Shown here: positions 22,536 through 33,216 of the stretch, piece by piece
Layout: each line of letters opens with the position of its first letter
Position numbering within the stretch: the first letter of the stretch is position 1
Source: an uncultured Gammaproteobacteria bacterium
GTDB taxonomy: Bacteria; Patescibacteriota; Patescibacteriia; UBA2591; UBA6264
Assembly: GCA_964596735.1 (NCBI GenBank)
Contig: CAZQVF010000005.1
Coordinates: forward strand, 13,328-77,327
Length of the DNA stretch: 64,000 nucleotides
Direction of reading: 5' to 3'
Notes under the pieces: model-generated
What the model was told of the DNA's origin: nothing
What the model saw: only the letters and a program-made list of their open reading frames with translations
Database searches by the model: none
Made by a program: the position numbers and the translations under genes

Positions 22536-24893
22536 ATGGGAAAAGCATACGAACCCAAAGAATATGAATCAAAAATATATCAACTCTGGGAAAAGAGCGA
22601 ATTTTTTAATCCTGATAAGCTGCCCGGTAAACCAAAAAAAACATACTCTATCTCTATCCCTCCACCAAATGTTACTGGATCTCTTCACCTTGGCCATGCT
22701 TTAAATAATACGATTCAGGATATTTTGACCAGATTTTATCGCATGAAGGGAAGAAAAACACTTTGGTTGCCTGGAACAGATCACGCTGGCATTGCGACAC
22801 AAAATGTTGTGGAAAAAGAATTAGCCAAACAAGGGTTAACTCGTCACCAATTAGGCAGAGAAAAATTTACTGAAAAGGCTTGGCAATGGAAAGCAAAATA
22901 TGGTGATTTAATTCTAGAACAATTAAAAAAACTTGGCTGCTCTTGTGATTGGTCTAGAACTCGCTTTACCTTAGACAAAGACTATGCAGAAGCGGTTTTA
23001 ACTGCTTTTATTAATTATCATAAAAAGGGATATATTTATCGCGGACCAAGAATTGTTAATTGGTGTCCGCGTTGCACCACAGCCATTTCTGATATTGAAA
23101 TAAAATATCAAGAAAAAAAAGGCAAACTCTGGTATTTAAAATATCCTTTTAAGGATAATCCTAATAAATTTATAGTTGTAGCAACTACTCGCCCAGAAAC
23201 TATGCTAGGAGACACAGCTGTGGCCGTAAGTCCTAAACGTGAAAAATATAAAAAGTTGATTGGAGAAAAACTAATCCTCCCCATTATGAACCGAGAAATT
23301 CCTTTGGTGTCTCACCATTTAGTTGATGCTGAGTTTGGTACAGGGGCGGTGAAAATTACTCCGGCTCATGATAAAACTGACTGGCAAATTGGTAAAGAAA
23401 ATAATTTGGAGGTGATAAACGTTATTGGGGCAGAGGGGAAAATGACCAAGGAAGCGGGAAAATATTCCGGTCTACCTGTTTTAGAAGCAAGAAAAAAGAT
23501 TATTGAAGAATTGGAAAAATTAAATCTCTTGGAAAAAATTGAAGACTATCAACATCAAATCTCTCTTTGTGATCGCTGTAGCACACCAGTTGAGCCTCAG
23601 ATTTCTACTCAGTGGTTTGTGGCTATGAAAAAATTAGCCAAACCAGCTATTAAAGTTGTAAAAAAATCAAAAATAAAAATTTCTCCTAAACGTTATAAAA
23701 AAGTGTATTTAGATTGGTTGGATAATATTGAAGATTGGTGTATCTCTCGTCAACTTTGGTGGGGCCATCGATTACCAGTTTGGTTTTGCCAAAAACAAAA
23801 AGATAAATATCTTGTCTCTATAAATCAACCTAAAAAATGTCCTTATTGTAATAAGTGTAAAATGGACCAATCTGAAGATGTGCTTGATACCTGGTTTTCT
23901 TCAGCCCTATGGCCGTTTGCTACTCTTGGCTGGCCTAAAAAAACAAAGGATTTAAAAGAATTTTACCCTACTTCTCTGCTTTCCACGGCTAGAGACATTC
24001 TTTATCTCTGGGTGGCTCGTATGGTTTTTTCTAGCTTAGAATTTTTAAAAAAAATACCGTTTGAACAAGTCTATATCCATTCCACCATTTTAACACTGGA
24101 GGGCCGACGCATGAGCAAATCATTAGGAACTGGTATTGACCCATTGGAGTTAATAAATAAATATGGAGCTGACGCAACCCGATTTGGTATAATTTACCAA
24201 ACAAATCGCGACCAACAAGCGATTCGTTTTGACGAAAGAGCTATCGTTGCCGCTCGTAATTTTATTAATAAACTTTGGAATATTAGTCGTTTTATTGCCA
24301 TACAAATTGAAACAGAGCCAGAAATAAAAATTAAAAATATTAAAACGCAAACTTTAGCTGATCAATGGATTGTTTCAGGGGTTAATAACTTAATTACTTC
24401 AGCGACAGAAAAAATTGAAAATTACGAATTTGGTGAAGCTAGTAAAGAAATTTATGATTTTATCTGGCATGATTTTGCTGATTGGTATTTAGAAATCTCA
24501 AAATTCCAAATAGCTGATTCTAGACTAAAAAAAGAGACTATTCGTAATTTAAAACTTGTTCTTTGTCTTTGTCTAAGACTGCTTCATCCTTTTACTCCTT
24601 TTGTTACGGAACAAATTTACCAACAACTTAATGCTTGTCCTGACTCCTCAGATTTATTAATGATTGCCTCTTGGCCAAGGGTAAAAAAGAATTTTATCAA
24701 CCCAAAAAGAGAAAAAGAATTTGCTAGCGTAAAAGAAATAGTTATGGAAATTAGGAATTGGAAAGTGGATAAAAAAATATCCCCAAAAGAAATAGTGGAT
24801 TATAAAATTAAGCCAGAAAACAAAAAAATCCCAGTTCAAAACGAACTTAAGGATTTAATTGAAAAATTAGGTAAAATAAAACTAGTTTTCTGA
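22536..24893 (+). CDS. valS: Valyl-tRNA synthetase
   Basis: PPPNVTGSLHLGHAL (HIGH), KMSKSLGTG (KMSKS) and a ValRS-type editing/CP1 region. Start moved from 22491 to ATG 22536 (MGKAYEPKEYESKIYQLWE), immediately after the tsaE stop. Confidence 0.85.
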   Translation: MGKAYEPKEYESKIYQLWEKSEFFNPDKLPGKPKKTYSISIPPPNVTGSLHLGHALNNTIQDILTRFYRMKGRKTLWLPGTDHAGIATQNVVEKELAKQGLTRHQLGREKFTEKAWQWKAKYGDLILEQLKKLGCSCDWSRTRFTLDKDYAEAVLTAFINYHKKGYIYRGPRIVNWCPRCTTAISDIEIKYQEKKGKLWYLKYPFKDNPNKFIVVATTRPETMLGDTAVAVSPKREKYKKLIGEKLILPIMNREIPLVSHHLVDAEFGTGAVKITPAHDKTDWQIGKENNLEVINVIGAEGKMTKEAGKYSGLPVLEARKKIIEELEKLNLLEKIEDYQHQISLCDRCSTPVEPQISTQWFVAMKKLAKPAIKVVKKSKIKISPKRYKKVYLDWLDNIEDWCISRQLWWGHRLPVWFCQKQKDKYLVSINQPKKCPYCNKCKMDQSEDVLDTWFSSALWPFATLGWPKKTKDLKEFYPTSLLSTARDILYLWVARMVFSSLEFLKKIPFEQVYIHSTILTLEGRRMSKSLGTGIDPLELINKYGADATRFGIIYQTNRDQQAIRFDERAIVAARNFINKLWNISRFIAIQIETEPEIKIKNIKTQTLADQWIVSGVNNLITSATEKIENYEFGEASKEIYDFIWHDFADWYLEISKFQIADSRLKKETIRNLKLVLCLCLRLLHPFTPFVTEQIYQQLNACPDSSDLLMIASWPRVKKNFINPKREKEFASVKEIVMEIRNWKVDKKISPKEIVDYKIKPENKKIPVQNELKDLIEKLGKIKLVF

Positions 24894-25328
24894 TTCTTTT
24901 GCTCTGTCTAAAATCCATTCTTCAAATTGGGATTCACTAGCAAAGCCATGATGCCAAGAAGTGTCTAAACCATAATTTATAAAAAGACGTGAAAGAATGT
25001 TCAAATCGTCAACGATAACATTCTTTTTACTTATCTTTGCTTGCATCCAGGTTTCTAATTCTTTTAGTCCATTTCTTCTTTCCTCTTGATTTTGAGAACT
25101 AGCCTCTTGAATTTTATTCCAGGCTCGGTAATAAGATCGCTCTATTTTAATATATTCTTGACAATACCGCTCTAATTCATTAACAAATTCCATAACTTGT
25201 TCCTTGTCTTCTGCCCTCGGAATGGTCTCAATGTTCTTTCTCAAGGAATTAAAACTAAACCGAGCTGCTTCAGTTTTTTGTTCTTCCGGTCTTAAAACCT
25301 CGCGTTTGTGTAAAAATTGATGTTCCAT
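24882..25328 (-). CDS. Hypothetical protein
   Basis: 148-aa ORF, charged, no motif recognised. Confidence 0.3.
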   Translation of the reverse strand: MEHQFLHKREVLRPEEQKTEAARFSFNSLRKNIETIPRAEDKEQVMEFVNELERYCQEYIKIERSYYRAWNKIQEASSQNQEERRNGLKELETWMQAKISKKNVIVDDLNILSRLFINYGLDTSWHHGFASESQFEEWILDRAKESEN

Positions 25329-25358
25329 ATAAATTTATTTTATTTTTATTAATATCTC

Positions 25359-27071
25359 TTATTCAGCCACACGGAAAACTTCTTCTACAGTAGTAAGTCC
25401 ATCTAAAACTTTTAAGATTCCGTCTTGAACCATACCAACCATGCCCTGGCCTTTAACTAATTCTTTCATTTTATACTCGGAAAGGTCACCTTCTAGAACT
25501 GCTTTTTCAATCTCTGGATCAATTATTAAAACCTCATAAATTCCAACTCGTCCTTTATAGCCCAGGCCCTGGCATTTTTCACAACCTTCTCCTTTATAAA
25601 ATTTAAGTTTATTCAAGTCAATTTTAATGCCTGATTTCTCTGGAATTTCAGATAAAATCTTTTTTACTCGAACTAACTTTTCAGGCTCCAAGGTTGTTTC
25701 TTTTTTACATTCTTTGCAAATTCTTCTTCCTAAACGCTGGCCAATAACTGCATTAAGTGCTGGTGCCAAAAGATAAGGCTTTGCTCCCATAGAAAGAAAT
25801 CTAGGCAAAGCCCCTACTGCATCATTTGTATGAAGAGTAGAAACTACTAAATGACCAGTCAGGGCAGCTTGAATAGCGATATCAGCTGTTTCCAAATCTC
25901 TAATTTCTCCAACCATAACCACGTCTGGATCCTGACGAAGAATTGAACGAAGACCTTTGGCAAAGGTATATTCTTTTGATTTATCAACCTGACTCTGATT
26001 AACTCCTTTTAAATGATACTCTATTGGATCTTCTAGGGTAATAATTTTTGTTTCTGGATCATTAAGCTTATTTAAGATAGCATATAAGGTGGTTGTTTTT
26101 CCTGAACCTGTTGGACCTGTGGTGATAATCATCCCATTAGGTCTTTCTATTTGTGCTTTTAGTTTTTCTTCAACATCTTTACGAAAGCCAAGATCTTCAA
26201 AGCTTAACCCAGCTACTGATGCACGAAGTAGTCTCATAACCACACTTTCACCATAAGCGGTCGGTAATGTAGAAACCCGAACATCTGTTTTTTCTTTATT
26301 TAAATAAATAGTAAATCGTCCGTCTTGTGGCCGATCTGTTACATTCATTTTAAGACTAGATAATAATTTAAGCCTTGAAATGACTTTAGGCCAAAACTTC
26401 TTGTCTATCTCAGCCACTTCAATTAAAACTCCATCTATTCTAAATCTGACTTTAATGGCTGTTTCTTCTGCTTCAATATGAATATCAGAAGCTCCTGATT
26501 GGACAGAACTGGCCATAATTAAGGTGACCATATCAGAAATTTTAACATTCTGAACCTCCTGATTTAAATCTTTAAATGTTTTTACTTTATTTTTAAAATG
26601 TTCAAAGTCCTCGGGAGATATCTCAACTCCTTTGACAATTTTGCTAACCTTAGGCAAGGCAGCATAACGCTGATGAGCAAGTTTAAAACTATGTTCGGAA
26701 ATTAAATGAAGCTCTGTTTTTACATTCCAGGCTCCTTCAATTTGCTCTCTAAGATCTGCTAAACCAGGATTTTCAACCTGGGTTGAGGCAAGTTTAACTT
26801 TTTCTTCGGTTCGATAAAAACAAACTACCTGGTGTTTTAAGGCATCTTCTTCAGAAATCAACGTTAAAGCTTCAGAAGAAATAGGAAAATCAGCTAAATT
26901 AATATAAGGAATACCTATCTGACGAGCTTGCTCAGTCGCTTTTTCTTCTAAGTCTTTAATATTAATATTTATTAACTTCTGATTCAACTTTTTTTGTTCT
27001 TCTTCTGAAGCAATGTTGGGTTTTTTAGAAGATTGACCACCTTGTCCTAATAAATCCTTTAAATCTAACAT
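25359..27071 (-). CDS. Type IV pilus/type II secretion assembly ATPase (PilB/GspE family)
   Basis: Walker A GPTGSGKTT, Asp and His boxes, C-terminal tetracysteine motif (CKECKK...CEKCQGLGYKGR). Confidence 0.8.
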   Translation of the reverse strand: MLDLKDLLGQGGQSSKKPNIASEEEQKKLNQKLININIKDLEEKATEQARQIGIPYINLADFPISSEALTLISEEDALKHQVVCFYRTEEKVKLASTQVENPGLADLREQIEGAWNVKTELHLISEHSFKLAHQRYAALPKVSKIVKGVEISPEDFEHFKNKVKTFKDLNQEVQNVKISDMVTLIMASSVQSGASDIHIEAEETAIKVRFRIDGVLIEVAEIDKKFWPKVISRLKLLSSLKMNVTDRPQDGRFTIYLNKEKTDVRVSTLPTAYGESVVMRLLRASVAGLSFEDLGFRKDVEEKLKAQIERPNGMIITTGPTGSGKTTTLYAILNKLNDPETKIITLEDPIEYHLKGVNQSQVDKSKEYTFAKGLRSILRQDPDVVMVGEIRDLETADIAIQAALTGHLVVSTLHTNDAVGALPRFLSMGAKPYLLAPALNAVIGQRLGRRICKECKKETTLEPEKLVRVKKILSEIPEKSGIKIDLNKLKFYKGEGCEKCQGLGYKGRVGIYEVLIIDPEIEKAVLEGDLSEYKMKELVKGQGMVGMVQDGILKVLDGLTTVEEVFRVAE

Positions 27072-27080
27072 AAAAACTCA

Positions 27081-27947
27081 TTAAGATATAATTGAACTAG
27101 CTTCGTTGATTAAACTAGTTAACTTTTTTCCTTTAAGCATTGTTTTTTGTTTTAAAACCTCTTTTTTTGTAGAAATGAGCTCCTGACATAAAATCATCTT
27201 CTTAGAAAAAAGAATTTCTCTTGAAGCTCGATCCAAAGATCTTAAAATGGTAATTGGATAAAGCTTTTTATTCTCGATTAAATATTCTAAACCATTTCCT
27301 TTGGGATGTTGCCATCCTAACAATCTCAAATCCTTACATTGAGCATATTTGATAGCTGAATTAGAAAACTTGGTGTTAGAAATTAACCAAGGACGATGAA
27401 ACTCTCGACCTGTACCCTGACGCCAAGCATCTTGAAGGTCTAAAAATCTCGCCCACACATAAAGAGCTTCTTTTAGTCCTGACCGTAGCCCTGGAGCATT
27501 ATGATATTTACATTCTATCATATAAGTTCTGCTGTGACTAGATTCTTTTTCATTTATAGGATCAGGTTTTTTGTATGGAGATTTAGCAATAATATCTACT
27601 TCATGTTTAACACAAACCCCTTGAATAAGTGGCGGGCACCAAGCTTGATAGCCATAGGCCTTTAATAGGCTAACTATAAATTCTTCAAAAATAAAACCAG
27701 CCGGACCCAGGCTTAACATTGCTTTTTTTAAGCTATAACGAGTAGCAACGGCAGGGTCTTTTTGTTTTAAAAGCTTTAAAATCAACCTCAATAACTCACG
27801 CGTTTCCATGCCGTTATAAACATGTTTTATTACTTCTTTAACAATACGATCTGCTAGGTCTGGGCTAGCCCCTGCCCTAAGGCAGGTACGACGTACTTTA
27901 GCGGGATTAAACTTTGCTCTTTTCCCAGAGACCTTAATAACATACAT
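27081..27947 (-). CDS. ATP-cone domain fused to a Mrr-like PD-(D/E)xK restriction-endonuclease domain
   Basis: N-terminus MYVIKVSGKRAKFNPAKVRRTCLRAG resembles an ATP-cone (NrdR/RNR-like). The central region has a D...(E/Q)xK-type core (VDIIAK...YMIECKYH). Confidence 0.45.
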   Translation of the reverse strand: MYVIKVSGKRAKFNPAKVRRTCLRAGASPDLADRIVKEVIKHVYNGMETRELLRLILKLLKQKDPAVATRYSLKKAMLSLGPAGFIFEEFIVSLLKAYGYQAWCPPLIQGVCVKHEVDIIAKSPYKKPDPINEKESSHSRTYMIECKYHNAPGLRSGLKEALYVWARFLDLQDAWRQGTGREFHRPWLISNTKFSNSAIKYAQCKDLRLLGWQHPKGNGLEYLIENKKLYPITILRSLDRASREILFSKKMILCQELISTKKEVLKQKTMLKGKKLTSLINEASSIIS

Positions 27948-27949
27948 AT

Positions 27950-29317
27950 TTATTGATTATATAACCTTTGTTTAATTAAATCTATTTCCTGTTTTGTGCG
28001 GCTATTTTGCTCAATCCCATCTTTTATCTTTTCATAAGCATGCATAGCTGTTGTGTGATCACGATTCCCTAATTCTTTACCAATTAAAGGAAAGGAGGCT
28101 CCGACTTCTTCCCTCATCAAATACATGGCTACCTGTCTAGGAACAACAAGTTCTCTTTTTCGAGAGAGACCAATCATTTCACTAACGTGAATACCATAAA
28201 AATTAGCTACTGTTTCAATTAATTCTTTTGCTTGAATTAATCCTTTTTTTCTTCGCGTGTCTAAACTAGCTAGAACATTTTTTACTACAGATAAATCAAG
28301 TTCTGTTCTATGAAACTCATAATAAGCAATTAATTTGTTAAGGGCTCCTTCCAGCTCTCTAACGTTGCTTTGGATATGAGTAGCCAAATATTGAATAATC
28401 TCCTCATTTAAATTACATTTTCTTTCTTGACACTTTGCCTTTAAAATAGCTAACCTTGTTTCTAAATCAGGCGGAGTAATATCAGCAATTAATCCCCATT
28501 CTAATCGTGAGATTAAACGATCTTCAAGGGCAGGAATATCTTTGGGGGTGCGATCAGAGGTGAGGACTATTTGTTGCCCATCTTGATGAAGGCTGTTAAA
28601 GGTATGAAAAAATTCTTCCTGAGTCCGTTCTTTACCGGCCATAAATTGAATATCATCAACCAAAAGGACATCTACCCCCCTATAGATTTCTTTAAATTTA
28701 TCAATCGTTCCATTTCCAATCGCCCGAATAAACTCATTAGTAAACCTTTCTGCATTAGTACAAAGAACTTTTATCTTAGAGTTCTTCTCTAAAATAGCAT
28801 GGCCAATTGCTTGTAATAAATGGGTTTTTCCTAGTCCAACTCCTCCATAAATAAAAAGCGGGTTGTATTTTTTACCCGGCTGTTTAACTATAGCCTGACA
28901 AGCGGCGTAAGCCAATTCTGAACCCTTGCCGACAACAAAATTTTTAAAAGTATAACGAACATTTAATCCATGGCCATTAGTTTCTGGAACCTTCTCTGGG
29001 ACCAGCTTATCTATATCAATAGTTTCAGGTCCAGGCTCCTTAGCTGATTTTACGGCCTCAACCTTATAAATTACTTTTTTAACCTTGTTGTCTGTAGCTC
29101 CCTGTAGGGCCTCAAGAATAGATCGATGATATTTCTTTTCTAACCAATTTTTAGAAAAATTATTTGGCACACCAACAATAACAGTTTCCCCATTATCCTG
29201 GAGTTGAGAAATATAAGTATTTTGAAACCAAGTCTTAAAATTAGCTTTAGAAAGCGATAACTCTAGCTCTGACAAAACAATATTCCAAATTTCTTGTTTA
29301 TCCACTTCTTCAACCAT
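27950..29317 (-). CDS. dnaA: Chromosomal replication initiator protein DnaA
   Basis: AAA+ domain (GGVGLGKTHLLQAIG), DnaA signature and C-terminal DNA-binding domain (LSRKRELVVPRQVAMYLMRE...GNRDHTTAMHA). Confidence 0.9.
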   Translation of the reverse strand: MVEEVDKQEIWNIVLSELELSLSKANFKTWFQNTYISQLQDNGETVIVGVPNNFSKNWLEKKYHRSILEALQGATDNKVKKVIYKVEAVKSAKEPGPETIDIDKLVPEKVPETNGHGLNVRYTFKNFVVGKGSELAYAACQAIVKQPGKKYNPLFIYGGVGLGKTHLLQAIGHAILEKNSKIKVLCTNAERFTNEFIRAIGNGTIDKFKEIYRGVDVLLVDDIQFMAGKERTQEEFFHTFNSLHQDGQQIVLTSDRTPKDIPALEDRLISRLEWGLIADITPPDLETRLAILKAKCQERKCNLNEEIIQYLATHIQSNVRELEGALNKLIAYYEFHRTELDLSVVKNVLASLDTRRKKGLIQAKELIETVANFYGIHVSEMIGLSRKRELVVPRQVAMYLMREEVGASFPLIGKELGNRDHTTAMHAYEKIKDGIEQNSRTKQEIDLIKQRLYNQ

Positions 29318-29503
29318 AACAAACTGTTTAAATAAATTACTTAATAATTTAGTAGATATATAATAACATTTATTAACAAAAAGACAAATTAATCAAAGTT
29401 AACAACATGGGGACAATCTGTGGACAACCTAAATCCTTGCCTTCTTGGACAAAAACTGTTATTTTAATAACAATAACTAATTATAATAAGATTTAAGATT
29501 AAT
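29318..29503. promoter_or_regulatory. Putative oriC / dnaA promoter region with DnaA-box-like 9-mers
   Basis: TTGTCCACA (revcomp of 29419-29427) and TTTGTCCAA (revcomp of 29445-29453) match TTATCCACA at 8/9 and 6/9 positions, in an AT-rich intergenic region directly upstream of dnaA. Confidence 0.35.
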
Positions 29504-29740
29504 ATGGCCTTACCAACGCAAAAAAGATCAAAATCTCGCAAAAGGGTTAAACAGTATAAAAATCGCTTAAAAAAGAAAATTTTATCAACTTGTCCAAAAT
29601 GCAAAAAACCAGTTCTCCCTCATCACGCTTGTCATTTCTGCGGTATTTATATAAATAAAGAAATTATTAACCCGAAAAAAGATAAGAAAGAAAGGAAAAA
29701 AGAAAAAGAAAAAAAAGAAAAAGAATCAACAAAAAAATAA
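29504..29740 (+). CDS. rpmF: 50S ribosomal protein L32 with a C-terminal K/E-rich extension
   Basis: MALPTQKRSKSRKRVK...CPKC...CHFCG zinc-ribbon L32. Confidence 0.8.
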   Translation: MALPTQKRSKSRKRVKQYKNRLKKKILSTCPKCKKPVLPHHACHFCGIYINKEIINPKKDKKERKKEKEKKEKESTKK

Positions 29741-29754
29741 AATAATTTAATTTT

Positions 29755-30204
29755 ATGTCTCAAAGGCATTTAGCGAGAACAATTGCTGTCCAAACATTAG
29801 CCGAATGGGATTTTAATCGATCTATTCTTAAAAAAGAATCTGAAATTAAAAAAATTCTTGAACGCCACTTAAAAGAATCTACGTTACCAGAATTTGAAGG
29901 AAAAGAATTTACTGAAAAACTAGTTAAAGGAGTTTCTGATGGATTTCTAAAAATTAATGCATATATTAAAAAATATGCTCCCCAATGGCCCATTGAACAA
30001 ATAACTCTAATTGATAGAAATATTCTTCGACTGGGAATTTTTGAACTTATCTTTTTTACAGAAACTCCTCCGAAAGTAGCAATAAATGAAGCAATTGAAA
30101 TAGCCAAGGCTTTTGGTGGCGGAACCTCTGGTAAATTTATTAACGGTGTTCTGGGAGCAATCTATGAAGATATAAAGAAACAGAAACCTAAAAACAAAAA
30201 ATGA
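29755..30204 (+). CDS. nusB: Transcription antitermination factor NusB
   Basis: [14 protein letters not shown]... and an all-helical 149 aa; located upstream of rnc. Confidence 0.75.
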   Translation: MSQRHLARTIAVQTLAEWDFNRSILKKESEIKKILERHLKESTLPEFEGKEFTEKLVKGVSDGFLKINAYIKKYAPQWPIEQITLIDRNILRLGIFELIFFTETPPKVAINEAIEIAKAFGGGTSGKFINGVLGAIYEDIKKQKPKNKK

Positions 30205-30890
30205 AAAACTTATCTACCTTTGAAAAAGAACTTAACTTAAAATTTAAAAATAAGGATCTTTTTCATCAAGCATTAATTCATCGATCTTATCTAAATGAAC
30301 ATCCGACCTTTAAGCTTGGTCATAATGAAAGGTTGGAATTTTTAGGCGACGCTGTTCTAGAACTCATTATTACTAAATTCCTTTTTCAAAATTTCAAACA
30401 GGGAGAAGGGCAATTAACCCGTTTTCGTTCTAGCTTGGTTAACACAAAAACATTAGCTCAGGTCGCCAAAAAACTAAAACTTAATGACTATCTTTTTTTA
30501 AGTAAAGGAGAAAACAACTCAAAAGGTAAATCTCGAGAAGCTATTCTTGCTAACACTTTTGAAGCTTTACTTGGGGCTATTTACCTAGACCAAGGCTTTA
30601 ATCAAGCAGAAAAATTTATTCACCATCATCTTGTTCCTATCTTAGATGATATTTTAAAGAATAGGTTATACCGAGATCCTAAAAGTAAGTTCCAGGAACT
30701 TATTCAAAATAAACTAAAGATTACTCCTGTTTACAAACTCATTCAGGAATCTGGATTGGATCATGCAAAAAAATTTACTATTGGTGTATTTTTAAATCAA
30801 AAGCTGATCGCTAAAGGAATGGGAAAAAATAAACACGAAGCAGAAACAGAAGCAGCCAAAAAAGCCTTAAAGAAAAAATTAAACATTTAA
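30201..30890 (+). CDS. rnc: Ribonuclease III
   Basis: RNase III signature [13 protein letters not shown] plus a C-terminal dsRBD. Confidence 0.85.
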   Translation: MKNLSTFEKELNLKFKNKDLFHQALIHRSYLNEHPTFKLGHNERLEFLGDAVLELIITKFLFQNFKQGEGQLTRFRSSLVNTKTLAQVAKKLKLNDYLFLSKGENNSKGKSREAILANTFEALLGAIYLDQGFNQAEKFIHHHLVPILDDILKNRLYRDPKSKFQELIQNKLKITPVYKLIQESGLDHAKKFTIGVFLNQKLIAKGMGKNKHEAETEAAKKALKKKLNI

Positions 30891-30943
30891 ACAATATGGT
30901 TTTGAGGCCTCAGGGCCTATTTTCTATTAACAAAATTTAATTC

Positions 30944-33166
30944 ATGTATCTTAAACGTTTAGAAATAATTGGTTTTAAATCTTTTGCCCGTCGTTCTATT
31001 TTAGAATTCCCTCAACCTAAAAAGGGAAATTTAAGTATTGCGGCAATTGTTGGACCAAACGGAGTTGGAAAATCAAATTTAGTGGAATCTATTCGCTGGG
31101 CTTTGGGTGAACAAAGCCTAAAGAGTTTACGAGGGAAAAAATTACAAGACATTATTTTCTCTGGTTCTATTAGAAAAACTCGTTTAAATTTAGCCGAAGT
31201 TACCCTATTTTTTAATAATGAAGACGGAGCAGCTCCTATAGATTATAAAGAATTTACAGTCACCCGCCGAATTTATCGTAATGGAGAAAGTGAATATTTA
31301 ATTAATAAAAATAAAGTCCGACTTCAAGATATTTTAATTTTATTAGCTAAAAGTAATTTTGGACAAAAAAGCTATAGTGTTGTTAGTCAGGGAATGGTTG
31401 ATCAAATTCTTCAATCCTCTCCTTTGGAAAGAAAAAGGTTTTTTGATGAAGCTACCGGCATTAAACAATATCAAATAAAAAAAGATGAAGCATTTAGAAA
31501 AATCGAAAGAAGCCAAATAAACCTACAGCAAGCCAATATTGCTCTCTCTGAGATTTCTCCCCACTTGCGTTCTTTAACTCGTCAAATAAATAAATTAGAA
31601 AGACGCAAAGAAATAGAGGCAAAGCTCATTAAACTACAAAATAAATACTATGGTGCTTTATGGCAAGATTCTAATGAGGAAATTTTTATTCTGAATAAAA
31701 AGATTGATCAAGAAGTTCAAAAACAAAAACAAGTTGAGGAAATGTTGGAAAATGTTCAAAAACAATCTGAGGCTCTGGTTTATGAAAAAATTGATGATCA
31801 ATATGAAAAAATACAAAAAGATTATCAACGTACTTTGGAAGAAAAAAATAAATATTTAGGAGAACAATCTATGTTACAGGCTCAATTAAATTTTCAAAAA
31901 CAATTAAATCAGGGAAAAGAAGAAAACCTTAAAATAGAACTAGACGAAGAAAAGTTATTACTTGATTTAAAAAAATTAGAATCTGATCAAAAAGAATTTC
32001 TAAATAAATTAGAAAAAATTTCTCAGATTAAAGAGTTAGAAAAAATAAAAAATTTGAGCAAAATAATCTATGAAAAAATTATTTTATGTTTAAAACAATT
32101 TGAACCGGAAAAAAACACGAAGACCACCTCAACTAATTCAAAACAAGAACAACAAATTAAAACATTAGAAGTAAAAAAAACGCAAATTGATAGAAATATT
32201 AAAGAAGTAGATAAAAAATTAAAGCAAATTAATCAAGAATTAAATGAATTTAACGAAAAAGAAAGAGGAAAGCGAAAAAAATTATTGGATTGGCAAAAGA
32301 AGGTTCAGGAAAAACAATCCAAATTAAATCAACTTACTTATAAAATCAATGAATTAAAAATTGACCTGGCTCGTTTAGAAACTAAAGAGGACATTTTAGA
32401 AGAAGAAATTAATGAAGAAATGGGGGCTCAGGGTAAAGAAATTATGAAAATTAGAAAAACTAATGTCCGGCCAGAACAAGAAGATCTAGACAAAATTCAT
32501 AAATTAAAACATCAACTGGAATTAATTGGAAGTATTGATCCAGAAATTGCCAAAGAATATCCTGAAGTTCGTCAGCGTTATGAATTCTTAAATTCACAGA
32601 GCAATGATTTGACAAAAAGTCTCAAGGCTTTAAATAAAATCATTCAAGAATTAGATGAAAAAATTAAAGAACAGTTCAAAGGAAATTTTTCTCAGATTAA
32701 TCAAATGTTTGACCGCTATTTTAAAATTATCTTTGGTGGCGGCAATGCAAAAATAATTTTACAAAAACAAGAACAAGAGCCTCAAAAAAATGAAGACGAG
32801 CAAGAATCATTGATAATAAATAAAATAATCGATGGAATTGATATTTTTGCTACCCCTCCAGGAAAAAAAATAAAAAGCATTGAAATGCTTTCCGGTGGAG
32901 AAAAAGCCCTCGCCTCTCTTGCTCTTATCTGCGCTATTATTTCTATTAACAAACCTCCTTTTGTTGTTCTTGATGAAGTTGACGCTGCCTTAGACCAAGA
33001 AAATTCTTTTAGATTTGGGAAAATTTTACAAGAATTAAGGCATAATTCTCAGTTTATTATTGTCACCCACAATCAGCAAACAATTGAAGCAGCTGATATT
33101 CTTTACGGGATCACCATGGACAGTGATAGTATTTCTAGGTTAATTTCTCTGAAATTAGAAGAATAA
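30944..33166 (+). CDS. smc: SMC-family chromosome segregation ATPase (short, 740 aa)
   Basis: N-terminal Walker A GPNGVGKSN, long coiled coil, C-terminal signature LSGGEKALASLAL and Walker B VLDEVDAALD. Much shorter than canonical ~1180-aa SMC. Confidence 0.65.
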   Translation: MYLKRLEIIGFKSFARRSILEFPQPKKGNLSIAAIVGPNGVGKSNLVESIRWALGEQSLKSLRGKKLQDIIFSGSIRKTRLNLAEVTLFFNNEDGAAPIDYKEFTVTRRIYRNGESEYLINKNKVRLQDILILLAKSNFGQKSYSVVSQGMVDQILQSSPLERKRFFDEATGIKQYQIKKDEAFRKIERSQINLQQANIALSEISPHLRSLTRQINKLERRKEIEAKLIKLQNKYYGALWQDSNEEIFILNKKIDQEVQKQKQVEEMLENVQKQSEALVYEKIDDQYEKIQKDYQRTLEEKNKYLGEQSMLQAQLNFQKQLNQGKEENLKIELDEEKLLLDLKKLESDQKEFLNKLEKISQIKELEKIKNLSKIIYEKIILCLKQFEPEKNTKTTSTNSKQEQQIKTLEVKKTQIDRNIKEVDKKLKQINQELNEFNEKERGKRKKLLDWQKKVQEKQSKLNQLTYKINELKIDLARLETKEDILEEEINEEMGAQGKEIMKIRKTNVRPEQEDLDKIHKLKHQLELIGSIDPEIAKEYPEVRQRYEFLNSQSNDLTKSLKALNKIIQELDEKIKEQFKGNFSQINQMFDRYFKIIFGGGNAKIILQKQEQEPQKNEDEQESLIINKIIDGIDIFATPPGKKIKSIEMLSGGEKALASLALICAIISINKPPFVVLDEVDAALDQENSFRFGKILQELRHNSQFIIVTHNQQTIEAADILYGITMDSDSISRLISLKLEE

Positions 33167-33216
33167 AAAAAGAAAAGAAAAAAGGGATTTTTAAATCTCT
33201 TTTTTGTTTTAAAAAT

